From Octopus sinensis (Eukaryota): DNA of 64,000 nucleotides. This document shows, in pieces, positions 11,660 to 25,790 of this stretch. The DNA lies in the NCBI RefSeq assembly GCF_006345805.1, contig NC_043006.1, forward strand, positions 76,756,001-76,820,000, written 5' to 3'. The notes beneath the pieces are model-generated. The model had not been told where the DNA came from and searched no databases. It saw only the letters and a program-made list of their open reading frames with translations. The position numbers and the translations under genes were made by a program. How positions within the stretch are numbered: the stretch's first letter is position 1; each line of letters begins with the position of its first letter.

Positions 11660-11870
11660 TATTCTCTTATTTGTTTCACGCATTTGAGTATGGCCATGCT
11701 GGAGAACCGCCTTCAGTCAAACAAATCGACCGCAGGACTTATTCCTTGTAAGTCTAGTACTTATTTGATCGGTTTCTTTTCCCGAACCGCTATGGTACAG
11801 GGACGTGAACACTCCAACATCAGCTGTCAAGCGATGGTGGGGGACACAACACAGACACACAAAACATACA
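11660..11870 (-). mobile_element. SINE family B, 3' half
   Basis: ggccatgctggagaaccgcc...aagtctagtacttatttgatcggtttc. Confidence 0.85.
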
Positions 11871-11880
11871 CCCCACACAA

Positions 11881-12007
<127 letters not shown>

Positions 12008-12022
12008 TATATATATATACAT

Positions 12023-12053
<31 letters not shown>

Positions 12054-12096
12054 TCTATATATATATATATAATATATATTATATATATATATAATA

Positions 12097-12526
12097 GTTA
12101 TCAGCAACAATATAGGGTGAAATTAATTAATTTGGAATAATCATTAATTACACCAAGTAGTTGGGTAAGACATATAATAATCTAATTCTTATGCTTTCCT
12201 AAAACTTTATTTCGAAACGTACGTCCGTGGGTGACTTAAAATTGTATGATAGATTGCCGTCATTTCATTCTCTCTTACCTGTCTGTGTTTGCCTTTCAAG
12301 TGCTGTGTTTTTACTGAGATCTCCCTTTTAGTAGAAAGAATAGCTATAACTCTTTGACTGCTATTTCTAAATTCGGAGTGTGGTGAGGCAATTCGTTGCT
12401 AAACCCTTAATTACTTAGTATTACTTAAACTTTCCTCGAATGAGGCTTTTACATGCCGAAATCTACTTGGTGTAATTAATGATTATTCCAAATTAATTAA
12501 TTTCACCCTATATTGTTGCTGATAAC
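12097..12526. repeat. Perfect 64-bp inverted repeats enclosing a 302-bp spacer
   Basis: 12097-12160 is the exact reverse complement of 12463-12526. Confidence 0.95.
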
Positions 12527-12742
12527 CATATTTCATCCCAGTAAATGACCACAGCATCTTGTCTTGGCTACACGCGGGCGGGAAGGGGTTGGTGACACAA
12601 ACTTTCATCACACTTTGAATTTGGTGATACTGGTAACGGCTTTAGCTCGCTCTGATACTGAGTTGAGATGATGCCTTCTAGTATCTCGAAATTTAATATA
12701 CAATTATTCATAATTGTAGTGTCCTACGCTGATGAGAAAAGA

Positions 12743-12885
12743 AGTTGGGTAAGACATAATTATCTAATTCTTATGCTTTCCTAAAACTTAATTTCTCCCT
12801 TTTAGTAGAAAGAATAGCTATAACTCTTTGACTGCTATTTCTAAATTCGGTGTGTGGTGAGTCAATACGTTGCTAAACCCTTAAT

Positions 12886-12889
<4 letters not shown>
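12743..12889 (+). repeat. Internally deleted direct copy of the spacer 12159-12414
   Basis: Matches 12159-12208 plus 12322-12414. Confidence 0.85.
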
Positions 12890-13282
<393 letters not shown>

Positions 13283-13430
13283 GACAGGCTACTTTCAATT
13301 TTCGTCTACCAAATCCACTCAAGGGTTTGGTCGGCCCGAGGCTATAGTAGAAGAGACACCTGCATGGCACTGAATCTGGAACCGTGTGGTTTATAAGCAA
13401 GCTACTTACCATACAGCCACGCCTCTGCCT
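13283..13430 (-). mobile_element. SINE B, 5' half
   Basis: cgtctaccaaatccactc...gctacttaccatacagccacgcc. Confidence 0.8.
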
Positions 13431-13802
13431 GTATACATAATTATTATGCGATGTAATCACATTAAACAGTTTTAGATTAAGACAACTACGTGTATAACGC
13501 TGATAATGCGCACACAAACCCAGCGCTCTCTCACGATATTTTCTGCAGATCATGAATTTAATTTCTTATGGAAATCTGTAGAAGAATTCGTCATGTAGAA
13601 ATAGATTTAAATAAGTTATAGCATCAGCGAGTTGTCGCATGCTCCTTCGATTTAATAGATCCGCTTTTGGCTCATAGCCTGTGTCGTATGCCTTCTGCAA
13701 ATATGTTGTACAACTGGGAGTAAAAGTAATTCTGGACGAAAGAATTTATTGAAATACACTCACTCATACACACACACATACACATACACACACACAGACA
13801 CA

Positions 13803-13846
<44 letters not shown>

Positions 13847-15391
13847 GATATATATATATATATATATATGTATACACTCACAGAGAGAGATAGGACGAGA
13901 AACAGTGACACAAAAGAGAAGAGGAAAGATACATCTATAAATAGATATACATATATACATAAATATTAATTTATCTGTCGATACATATGTATATATATAT
14001 ATGTGTGTGTGTGTGAATATGTATATGCATGTATATATATATAATATATACATACACACACATGCATACATACAGTATATACACTGTCGTTTATAACAGA
14101 CACGAAACTAGACGCTGAGTTAAATACATGAATACTTTAAATCATGTTGGACAGTTGAAGATTACGATTTATTGCGATTTTGTAAGGCAAATTGTCAAAA
14201 TCGTAATAAAGACCACTTGTAGAATATTACTTATTTCACCTCAGGAATGGAAATTGTAGAAACGTAATAAGACAAGTTGAAGGGAATAGTGTGCGAGGCG
14301 TAATCAGAGTTTAATATGTCATGAAAGGAGACGACTAAGGTGATTCCAGATAAAACGAGAATAAAATGACATAGAATATTAAGGATCCGTAGCCGGACTG
14401 TATGTAAAATACAGAGATAATTTAAATCATGTTAGACAAACACTTCAAAAATAAGAATAGGTTGTAGAAGTATGCTAATATGTAAAAGTAATTGGAATGC
14501 GCACGTTCTTGAGATTTACAGAAAGGCTTCGAGATAATATAAATGTTTGAACAATAGTATGATCAAAATTTAGTTAGTGATTTATTCAGTATCAGATGTC
14601 TAGCGGTTATAATCTACTTACGTGACATTTTATTCAAATTTTGATTCAGTTACGAAACTAATGTCTTTATTTTTATTAACGGTGGATGGACATGATGATA
14701 GCCGAACTGCCAAGTTGCCAAATTATTAATGAGAAAACAAACAAGACGCCTGAGAAGAAAAATTTTCGTTTTTAACTTGAATGTATTTGTAGTCAAACAT
14801 TAACACCAAAAAAAAGCAAGGTTTCAAGTATATTGTTGGTTGTTATTTTTACTATTTTGTCGTTTGTTACGTCCAGCTGTCTCACTGTTTTAACCTAGTG
14901 AAACCACAAATCACCGCACTGACATAACACTTACATAATCTTCTCGCTCACCTCTCTCTCTCTCTCTCTTCCCATCAATTTCTATTCATCGAATCTGTCC
15001 TTTCTTACCCCCCTCTCAATCGCCGTCCCCCTTCTTCCCCGTTTCTCGTTATATATAGAAACAAACACACACGAACATTATATATATTTCCACCCTTTTA
15101 CTTATCACTCATTCCCTCTGTGTATCTTTATATCTCCCATCTATTGATCGGTAAACCTCTTACTTATTGTCTGCCACTCTCTATATTACATTTGCCTCTC
15201 TATACATTTTCTGCATTACGTCTCTATTATCTCACACATCTTTGTGTTTATTTCTCACCTCGATCTCTCATTCCCAATACTTTTCTCTCTGTCTCTCTCT
15301 CTCTCGCTCTCCCACTGTATCTTTCTCTTTCTCTCTCTCTAGACCTTTCCCCTACGTCCATCTATCCAGTCACATTTCGCCTCTTCCACTG

Positions 15392-15472
<81 letters not shown>

Positions 15473-15540
15473 CTTTCAATCTATCTATTAATCTATTTAC
15501 CACTCTTTCTAACTATCTGTCTAACTGTCATGACGTTTAT

Positions 15541-15608
15541 ATTGGCGGTGCTCCAGTATGGCCACAGTCATTGGACTGAAACATATATAAGAATAAGAGA
15601 ATAAAAGA
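15541..15608 (+). mobile_element. SINE B / CR1-type 3' tail only
   Basis: ggcggtgctccagtatggccacagtc..gactgaaac. Confidence 0.7.
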
Positions 15609-15765
15609 ATGTGTGTGTGTGCGTGTATGTATGTGTAAGTATTACGCATATGTAAGTAACGTGCATATATGAGTGTGTATGTATCTATGTGTATATATAT
15701 ATATATACGTATATAAATTCATAATATTATACACACTAGTACTCACACATAGACTCAAACACACT

Positions 15766-15813
<48 letters not shown>

Positions 15814-16310
15814 AACGCACTCTGATTGTATAAAATATTTATGCACCGATATTGCACAGGTTGCCAAATTATACATACCAAACTTTCGTCAAGGCATCTC
15901 TTCGTTAGAAAAATGTCAAAAAAATATGGGTAAAAAAATTACAAGCAAACTAGTTCAGAGAGACTATTGCCAAACTATATATATTAACCCTCTCACATGA
16001 TTGAAATTCGTTAAAGTATCTTCTGGAATCACACAATAACTCCCACTTGAATAATTTGTGTCTCAAAATGTGTGGACCACTAAGAATGATGTGATACTTG
16101 TGGTTCAGAATTTCTGTTCTTGGTTCATATCCACGTAGGTTACGGCTGGCTATGTTGGCATCTTATGCAAATAATGTCAATTGTATGCATAAACTGAAGA
16201 CAAATGCAGTAAGAGTGCAGTAGTCCGTCATATACTTGTGTATGTATACATAAATATTTATGTTTATATATATGTAGATATGCAAATATATCTATAATAT
16301 ATGGGTGTGC

Positions 16311-16350
<40 letters not shown>

Positions 16351-16666
16351 CATGTGTGTATAAGAGTGTGAGTGTGGGTGTCTTAAGGCTACCATTGGTT
16401 TCGTGTTGAGAGAAAAATATCTTAATATCATAATTTTTCATCGTAAATGGAGACAAACTCCATTCCTCCATGAGATCGGCTTAAAAATTGTGGAGATATT
16501 AGGACGCTTTTTAACATATTACCAATGTTAGCCTTACTATACAAATAAAGAACTCATTTTTTGTTCGACATTTACATATGCATATATAATAATATATATA
16601 TATATATATATATTATATATAATATATAATATATATAATATAATATATATATATATATATCTATAC

Positions 16667-16797
<131 letters not shown>

Positions 16798-16837
16798 CAA
16801 TTTATCAATATATAATAATATATGTATATATATCTTG

Positions 16838-18369
16838 CGAATAGCAAACTGCCAAGCAAGCTGAAGGAGGGAATAATATGCCCAATACATAAAGGGGGAA
16901 GTAGAGCAGATGCCAAAAACTATAGGCCTATCCCTCTGACTTCACATATCAGCAAAGTCATGGAAAGGATAGTCAGAAAGAAACTAATCGCGTTTCTTAA
17001 GGAAAATAACTTGCTAAGTGAAACCCAGCATGGTTTTCGACTAGGTAGGAGCTGCCTGACCCAGCTCTTACAGCATTATGACTGGGTGTTGAGGCAGTTA
17101 CTTAACAAATCAAATGTGGACGTAATCTACCTTGATTTTGCAAAAGCTTTTGACAAGGTGGATCATGGTATGACATGCCACAAACTGCGTGACTTCGGCA
17201 TAGCTGGAAAACTTGGAGTGTGGTTGCATGACTTCCTGAAAGATAGGAATCAGGCAGTAGTGGTTAATGGAGCCACATCTATGAACACACAAATAGTGAG
17301 CGGTGTTCCGCAGGGCACTGTCTTGGGACCACTGCTTTTTATAGTGGCCCTCTCAGATATGCCTTCAAATGCCCGGATAGCCACTCTGGCCAGCTATGCA
17401 GACGATACGAAAGTCTCGCAGAAAATACAGAACCCCAGCGATGTTGCACACCTGCAGCAGGAGTTGGACTCAATCTACAGATGGGCTGAGGATAATAATA
17501 TGCAGTTTAATGCTGAAAAATTCCAGGCCCTGCGCTACAAGCATCCAAAACTGAATATGAAACTTACAGGATACACCGGTCCACAGGGAATTTCAATTCC
17601 ACAGCCTAAGTCTGTGAGGGTCCTGGGTATCGACATGAGTGATGATACCTCTTTCCAAGTGCACATTACCAGGATGGCGACAAAGTGCAGACGACTGGCT
17701 GGGTAGATCCTAAGAACATTCAGAACCAGAGATAAGGAAATCATGATGGTCCTCTGGCGGACATTCGTCCTCAGTCGCCTGGATTACTGCTCACAGCTAT
17801 GGTCACCCACCAGTGTAAAATTAACAGCGGACCTTGAAGCAATCCAGAGAAGATTCACAAAGAAGATCGTCTCTTTGCAACAGCTCAGCTACTGGGAAAG
17901 GTTGAAACAGCTAAGACTCTACTACCTGGAGAGAAGACGGGAGAGGTATGCAGTAATATATGTCTGGAAGATCCTGGAAGGAATTGTGCCAAATTTTGGC
18001 ATTGTAAGCTACACCAATGCAAGAACGGGACGACACTGCATAGTGCCCAAGATCCCAGCAATGCCATCACGCTTCAGGACCAGCTTCTGCAACAGCCTGG
18101 GTTTCAAGGGCCCACAGCTTTTTAATATTCTCCCAAAGAGTCTGAGGAACTTGCACAAAGTAGAGATAGCGCTCTTTAAATCAAAGCTGGACATCTTCCC
18201 GTCAAGAGTCCCAGATGAACCTACCTCACGGCAAGAGGTGCAAATGAGAGTAGCTATATCGAACTCCATTCTTCACCAAGTGCCACATATTAGACGAGGT
18301 TCGTCGTAATAACAGTGTAACAGAAAACGGCGGTGCATCAGCATGGCCGCAGTTCTGAGCTGAAACTAG

Positions 18370-18372
<3 letters not shown>
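16838..18372 (+). pseudogene. 5'-truncated CR1-like LINE: reverse transcriptase domain, C-terminus and 3' UTR
   Basis: ORFs 16822-17706 and 17743-18309 share one frame, split by one TAG (GW->G*); motifs YLDFAKAFDKV, GVPQGTVLGP, YADDT, LSRLDYCSQLW; no endonuclease domain. Confidence 0.95.
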
Positions 18373-18443
<71 letters not shown>

Positions 18444-18797
18444 CCTTCATTCTCAGAACCGTAAAGTAGTTTAGAAAAACTGAAACTTAGTCAGTTAGTT
18501 GATGAGCTCAACTACCTCAAATGTTCTTAAAAGTTAAATCCACATCTTTGTCTATGTATCTACCTTCTCTATAATATTGCCACTTGATATGAAAATGTTT
18601 GTATTAATGGAAAACCTCTATAATTGGCTGATGAGTACTCAGCATTTTAAAACTGTTGTAATACTTACAACATTTAATAAAATGATGTAGTACGAAACGA
18701 TTGTACCAAATTACCGGAGTCATTCTTGTTGCTTATTTTGAGTATATACATATGTATATAATTATATATATATAATATATATTATATATATATATAT

Positions 18798-18965
18798 TAC
18801 TCTTTTACTTGTTTCATTCATTTGGCTGTGGCCATGCTGGAGTACCGTCTTTAGTGGACCTGAGGTTATAGCAGAAGACACTGGCCAAGGTGCCATGCTG
18901 CAAGGGACTGAACCTGGGACCATGTAGTTGGTAAGCAACTACTTACCACGCAACAACTCCTGCGA
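18798..18965 (-). mobile_element. SINE B with internal deletion (head fused to tail)
   Basis: Tail ...gtctttagtgg joined directly to acctgaggttatagcagaagacac. Confidence 0.8.
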
Positions 18966-18976
18966 CTACTATGCCA

Positions 18977-19073
<97 letters not shown>

Positions 19074-19080
19074 AGTAAAG

Positions 19081-19150
19081 AACCCCTTCGGTCATAAATG
19101 ATCATTTAAGCACCATGAGAGTTTCCCTCCGATGCACAAGTCCGAGCAAT
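19081..19150 (-). mobile_element. SINE D-type 3' tail fragment
   Basis: Reverse complement ggacttgtgcatcggaggg...tttatgaccgaaggggtt matches 47810-47880. Confidence 0.6.
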
Positions 19151-19782
19151 ATAGGAGTATGTTAGAGAACAGCGTTTTCTGCTGGAGAGTAATCAGGCAA
19201 GCTGGACGTGCAACGTTTGGGTATCATATACTGTAAGACTGACAACATATATAAGGTAAGGAGTGCATAGGTATTAGCAAATCCTTATTTTCAAAGGATT
19301 CTTATTTCAAAGGAGCAACGTCCTTTGTAGTTGCAGAAATTACCGATAAAAGCAATAGTACGAGGTGACCTAATAGTTATAGCTTAATCGTGTTTGTAAG
19401 TATAGTAGGATTATTAACATCCTAATTTATGTGAATATGGCTTAAATGCGGCTTGCATAAAATTACGAGAGCTGTGGTGGCGGTTCTAGGTTTGAATTTG
19501 AAAGGTTATTTTAGACGTTTAGTTGTATTGTTTATGTGTAGCAAAATGATACACTACGTTTAATCTTCCAGTAGTTTGGCATAGGCCACAGGGAAAAGTA
19601 TAACGTTTGACAAGAAAGGAGCAAACTGATGAGTGCACTATTTAACCAGCATAAAAAGGCGTAACCAATCACAGCGAATATGTGCTGAAAGACTAGAGAA
19701 GCATAGTTTATATGATTATGAGCCACATACATAGACACTTTTCTGAGGCAATTCCCAGTTACTTGCAGATTTTTATTTGCCC

Positions 19783-20053
19783 CTAGCAGTATCGCCCGGC
19801 GTTGCTCGGGTTTGTAAGGGAAATAACTATATAAGTATTTTTAGAGAGTTACTTCCTTATATAATAGCCAAAAATGCATTAAAAATGGGAAAAAATGGTG
19901 GTAATTTTTTTTTAATCGTAGACGCGTGCTTATACCCAGAAGGGCTCGATATAAGATACCCGCTTTTGGTTAAACTGCACTGCAAAATGTGGGAATAGTT
20001 AGGAATCAAAATCGTAGGAGACAGACACACAACTTCACTTTTATATATAAAGA
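19783..20053 (-). mobile_element. Non-autonomous Helitron
   Basis: 5' TCTTTATATATAAAA; 3' hairpin CCCGAGCAACGCCGGG followed by CTAG; same family as 58602-58993. Confidence 0.85.
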
Positions 20054-20143
20054 TTAGCTAGGACAGCTTATTAGCCAATCCCTTCTGACAATCAATGTCA
20101 CTACACATTAAGAGATCATTATAACGATTTCATTATATCGAAT

Positions 20144-20563
20144 AAGGCGGCGAACTGGCAGAAACGTTAACACGCCGGGCGAAATGTGTAGCCGTATTTC
20201 GTCTGCCGTTACGTTCTGAGTTCAAATTCCGCCGAGGTCGACTTTGCCTTTCATCCTTTCGGGGTCGATAAATGAAGTACCAGTTACGCACTGGGGTCGA
20301 TGTAATCGACTTAATCCGTTTGTCTATCCTTGTTTGTCCCCTCTGTGTTTAGCCCCTTGTGCGTAGTAAAGAAATAGGTATTTCCTCTACCGTTACGTTC
20401 TGAGTTCAAATTCCGCCGAGGTAGACTTTGCCTTTCATCCTTTCGGGGTCGATAAATTAAGTACCAGTTACGCACTGGAGTCGATGTAATCGACTTAATC
20501 CGTTTGTCTGTCCTTGTTTGTCCTCTCTGTGTTTAGACCATTGTGGGTAGTAAAATACAATGA
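20144..20563 (+). mobile_element. SINE A dimer
   Basis: Head plus two bodies; direct repeat tcattatatcga at 20130-20141 and 20564-20575. Confidence 0.9.
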
Positions 20564-21540
20564 TCATTATATCGATTTCAAATTGCTATGTGTTGGTACG
20601 GATGTTTGTAAGAGAACGAACACTGTTTATATCATCAAAAGCACAGGTGATGTTAAGAAATATCAAGAGAAGGGATGTGATGTCTTATTGAGGCAATCTG
20701 CCAGATGTTTTGGATTATATACATCACGTTTTCTATGTAAATCTACGAATTCATTATGCGTTTATGACACAGCCGGGGCATGTTTGAGAGCTAGAGAGAA
20801 TGCAAGAAATAGATAAGAGCAGAAAGAACATGTAATAGAGATATAAAGAAGTGAATATCTTGTTTCAGAACAGAAGTAAATTTGTCAGTTTGAAGAAGTT
20901 GTTTTCAAACGGGTATCTGGAAAGTGCATCTAGGTATGAAGTGGATCTTTATAACTGTAATGTAAAGCTTTACAAAACACCCACTACAGCTTGGGTGTCT
21001 TGTAATACTTGCTACTTTTATTTTTTATTAATTCTCTTATACAGAAATATAATTGATAAAATAGTATATCAACAGATTTTTATATTCTTTTTCTAAATTG
21101 TAAGTTCTACAACTATATTTGTATCTTTTTTTATTTTTAACTCTCTACCCAAAGTGTCCGGCAATTTTCAACTTCCGCTCCATTGATTTACGCAGTCAAA
21201 AAGACCAGATACTAGAGCAAATGCTCTGAAGGGAATAACAAAGCTCGAGAACAGGGGATAGAATCTAAGAGGCTGCAAGTTCAAACGCATGTAAATAGAA
21301 TTGTATGGAATGCAAACTTACAAAAAGAAAAAAAATATTAATAACCGGTAATAACTGATATCCAAAGTTAGATGGAGCGGTTAAGTTTACTATGATTAAG
21401 AGATTACCAATTTTTTGAGCTTCTGAAGTTACAATAAATTTATAGGGTTACAAATTCAGAGAGGATTAAACAACCATAGATATATAATTTCTACGACTAA
21501 GGACATGGTTTGACCTACTGAATTAATATATAAAATTAGG

Positions 21541-22309
21541 CAGGCGGCAAGCTGGCAGAATCGTTATCACGCCGGGAGAAACGCTTAGCGATATTTCGTC
21601 TGCCGCTGCGTTACGAGTTCAAATTCTGCCGAGGTCGACTTTGCCTTTCACCCTTTCAGGGTCGATTAAATAAGTACCAGTTATGCACTGGGATCGATAT
21701 AATCAACTTAATCCGTTTGTCTGTCCTTGTTCATCCTCTCTGTCTTTAGCCCCTTGTGGGTAGTAAAGAAATAGGTATTTCGTCTGCCACTACGTTCTGA
21801 TTTCAAATTCCGCCGAGGTCGACTTTGCCTTTCATTATTTCAGGGACGATTAAATAAGTATCAGTTACGCACTGGGGTCGATATAGTCGACTTAATCCGT
21901 TTGTCTGTCCTTGTTTGTCCTCTCTGTGTTTAGCCCCGTGTGGGTATTAAAGAAATAGGTATTTCGTCCGCCTGTCTCTACGTTCTGAGTTCAAATTCCG
22001 CTGAGGTCGACTTTGCCTTTCATACTTTCGGGGTCAATTAGATAAGTACCAGTTACGCACTGGGGTCGATAAAATCTACTTAATCCGTTTGTCTGTCCTT
22101 GTTTGTCCCCTCTGTGTTTAGCCCCTTGTGGGTAGTAAAGAAATAGGTGTTTCGTCAGCTGCTACGTTGTGAGTTCAAATTCCGCCGAGGTCGACTTTGC
22201 CTTTCATCTTTTCGGGGTCGATAAATTAAGTACCAGTTGAGCACTGGTGTGGATGTAATCGACTATTTCCTTCCCCAAAATTTGAGGCCTTGTGCCTATA
22301 GTAGAAAGG
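21541..22309 (+). mobile_element. SINE A tetramer (three tail-1 units, last unit tail 2)
   Basis: Units 21541-21773, 21774-21957, 21958-22145, 22146-22309; TSD aatatataaaa(t/c)tagg at 21525-21540 and 22310-22325. Confidence 0.9.
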
Positions 22310-23099
22310 AATATATAAAACTAGGTACAGAGAAAGGAGGGTTGGTAGAGAGAGAAAGAAATTTTAAATGGTTGGAAATATGTTTAACAGTTTGACAGAG
22401 GGAGATATAGTGTACAGGGGATAAAAGAATATTATATTTCGAATATAGGAAATAAATTTAGAATAATATTACCTAAGGCTAGTATCATTCTGGAACATTC
22501 AGTGCTCGCTACGTGATTGCTGTCAAAGAATTTTGAGCATTTGTTATCTAAACAATTTTTCTCATATATTTTAGTCTAAGCGAAATACTTATATGATATA
22601 AAGTGTACTTAAATTCAGGTTAATTAATGCTTTCATCTCTGAAAATTCCGCATATAAATAATCGATAGAACGTAGTACATACGTGATGAATTACAATCTT
22701 ATTTAGACATTGTGCGCTGGAAATGAGAGTAATGCAGACTGACAAAATTTTGTGACGTGATTTCACAATTCCAAATACTTGAGAACCTACAGAACTACAC
22801 GAATACTTACTCATACAGAAATACACTTAAACTCCCACATACAAACATGCATACGTTCTTACATGTATGCATGCGTCACACACCATGCACACTAGCAAAT
22901 ACTCCCATCTCTGCCATGTGCTCATGCACATGCGTATTATTTTAATATTCATAAGTACCTCTATGACTACGTATATATGATTATGAATACATGTGTGTGT
23001 GCAAATATATATCTATATATATATATAGGAGAAAAATAAAAATATATGCATACATACAAACATATATGTACGTACCTACATCTACATGTATATATACAT

Positions 23100-23640
23100 G
23101 CATATATAAATAATTATACGGAAGTACAGGACATCACAATAAGACGTAGAAACAGAAAAAGCCAAAAAACAAAAAAAACAAGAAAACGGAAAACGAAAAC
23201 CAAATACAGGACAGGTTACACAAGGACAAAACCCCGTCATCAGCTGTCGCTAGAGGAGTCAGGCATGTTTCGAAGGCATAACAGAACACTAATCCAATAG
23301 GCCTTCCTGCGAGAGAATTAATATAAAATTTCAAGCAGCGGGGCACAATGAGTACGAACACAAAAAGACGTAACAATAAGACTGCAAAATTAAAATACAT
23401 GTACAAAAAACAAACACAAGAGGACGAACGAAAAAGCCTTTTTTCTGGCATAGACAAACAATAAAACTGCAAAAATAAAAATACATGTACAAAAAGTACA
23501 ATTAGTTACAAAACGAGAAAATAACAAGAATACTATACAGGAAATTAACCACACAAGGGGACGAACGAAGAAGCCTTTTGCTGGCAAGGACGAAAGTGTA
23601 GTAGCAGCGCGTGGAGGCAGTTTTTCAATAGTGGTAACCA
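23100..23640 (-). mobile_element. Penelope-like repeat remnant with internal duplications
   Basis: CTGATGA on minus strand at 23237-23243; GAAGGC..GCCTTC-GAAAC stem; duplicated actgcaaaa..aaatacatgtacaaaaa. Confidence 0.4.
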
Positions 23641-23845
23641 CGTGTAAAGGAATTTTGTTTTATATATATATATATATGCATATTATGCATAAAATTGTTA
23701 TCTGTGTGCAAATATATATACATGTATAGACACATATGTATAATTATTATATTTCTTCCCCCTGTTTGAATTTCACATTCTCAGTGAGCGTGTGTGTATG
23801 TATGTGAGTGCTTATATATATATGTGTGTATGTGTGTGTGTGTGC

Positions 23846-23879
<34 letters not shown>

Positions 23880-23993
23880 AATATATATATATATGCTAAT
23901 AGAAAGATTACTCGATCGATAGATAGATAGACAGACAGACAGATAGACTGATAGATAAATAGATACACTGATAATACATACATACACAGAGAC

Positions 23994-24066
<73 letters not shown>

Positions 24067-24851
24067 TAATACATACATATGGAAGAGAGAGAGAAAAAAT
24101 ATGTGCATATAAATATATATAGAATGTATGTGTGTGTGCATACACACAAAAACAGACACAGCCACACACGTCTCTACGCATGCACATTTATATGTATATG
24201 GCAAATGTGGATATATACATAATTATATGTATTACCTTTCTGAATCTATATTTATGAGTGTTCGTATGTGAATACAAGTGCATGTACGTATGTATGCCTA
24301 TATAACTGTGTAATTGTTCATGAGTGAGTACATTTACATATGTATACATATTTTCAGTCGCTTCATTCGTCTCTAACATGCAATCTTTTAACTATTATGC
24401 TACAGTAGTCGATCGTTTTTTAGGAATTCTGTCTGCAGATTTTAGAATCTGGATGCCAAATTTACTACTAAAATGACTGATTTTTAATTTCATTGATTTG
24501 CATTAAATTCTAAATATTCCTTAATGGAGGTATTTATGTAAATGTATCTATATTTCGCGTAAATAATGTTACTCATAATCAACCAAAACTTTCTCGACTA
24601 CGCTTGTTATGTCGGCCTCAGTTCACGCAGAAATACATGTTATCTATAGAAGATTTTTTTTTAACCCGCTGTTAACAATGATTGTAATTAAACGCTTATA
24701 CTTCTGAGATGAGTTGGTTTTGTTAATTAGATGAAAATGTTTCCGAAATATTAATATCAGAATTCGATACGCAAAAGTCTTCCTCTCTCTCTTTCTCCCC
24801 TTTTCTCTTCCTCTCCCTCTCAATATATATATATGTATATATATATTATAT

Positions 24852-24910
<59 letters not shown>

Positions 24911-24911
<1 letters not shown>

Positions 24912-25080
24912 GTTTCTTTATTGGCCACACAGGACTGCACACAGATGGGACAAGTTACAAGGTAGAGCTTTTCTTTTGGGGGAGGAAAAAAAAAGGGGTG
25001 TCGTAGGTTTTCGATCAAGAGGGATCGTAAAAGGGAAGAAAAGAACAACAAAAAAATAAATAAATAAAATAAAAAATATG
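24911..25080 (-). mobile_element. Tx1/L1-like retroelement 3' end, copy 1
   Basis: Minus strand ends ...cctgtgtggccAATAAAgaaact then (TATC)n; T-rich 3' UTR-like body. Confidence 0.55.
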
Positions 25081-25129
25081 ATAGATAGATAGATAGATAG
25101 ATATAGATAGATAGATAGATAGATAGATG

Positions 25130-25201
<72 letters not shown>

Positions 25202-25202
<1 letters not shown>

Positions 25203-25370
25203 GTTTCTTTATTGGCCACACAGGACTGCACACAGATGGGACAAGTTACAAGGTAGAGCTTTTCTTTTGGGGGAGAAAAAAAAAGGGGTGTCGTAGGTTT
25301 TCGATCAAGAGGGATCGTAAAAGGAAGAAAAGAACAACAAAAAAATAAATAAAATAAAATAAAAAATATG
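25202..25370 (-). mobile_element. Tx1/L1-like retroelement 3' end, copy 2 (tandem duplicate)
   Basis: Near identical to 24911-25080; period 291 bp. Confidence 0.55.
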
Positions 25371-25392
25371 ATAGATAGATAGATAGATAGAT

Positions 25393-25429
<37 letters not shown>

Positions 25430-25509
25430 AGAAGATAGATAGATAGATAGATAGATAGATATAGATAGATAATAGATAGATATAGATAGATAGATAGATA
25501 GATATATAT

Positions 25510-25607
<98 letters not shown>

Positions 25608-25619
25608 TGGCAAAAATGC

Positions 25620-25790
25620 ACGAAAATCAAAAGACAGATACATTTGAGGGAATAACAAAGACGATATATTAATTTGGCGCTCTAGAATGATGGAAAAATC
25701 TTTGACGTTTCCAACGCTTTCCAACAAAGAACAATGAATAACGAAAACGGAGAGAGAGAGAAAAAAGACAGAGAGAGGTAAAATATTGTC
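25620..25790 (-). mobile_element. Degenerate P1 repeat
   Basis: Reverse complement ctttgttggaaagcgttggaaacgtcaaaga. Confidence 0.45.

Larger units (their letters stand above)
24855..25607. repeat. (TAGA)n array interrupted by two 170-bp units
   Basis: Direct reading. Confidence 0.95.

Noticed and set aside
19625-19715. CTGATGA...GAAA as a hammerhead
   Set aside because: Stems I and II do not pair properly; likely chance
20560-21500. ORFs 20514-20816 and 20851-21096 as a gene
   Set aside because: The first begins inside a SINE; stops between them; may be decayed TE coding sequence but no diagnostic motif
21541-22309. Regularly spaced about 185-bp repeats as a CRISPR-like array or satellite
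   Set aside because: Units are SINE bodies with no unique spacers; eukaryotic context
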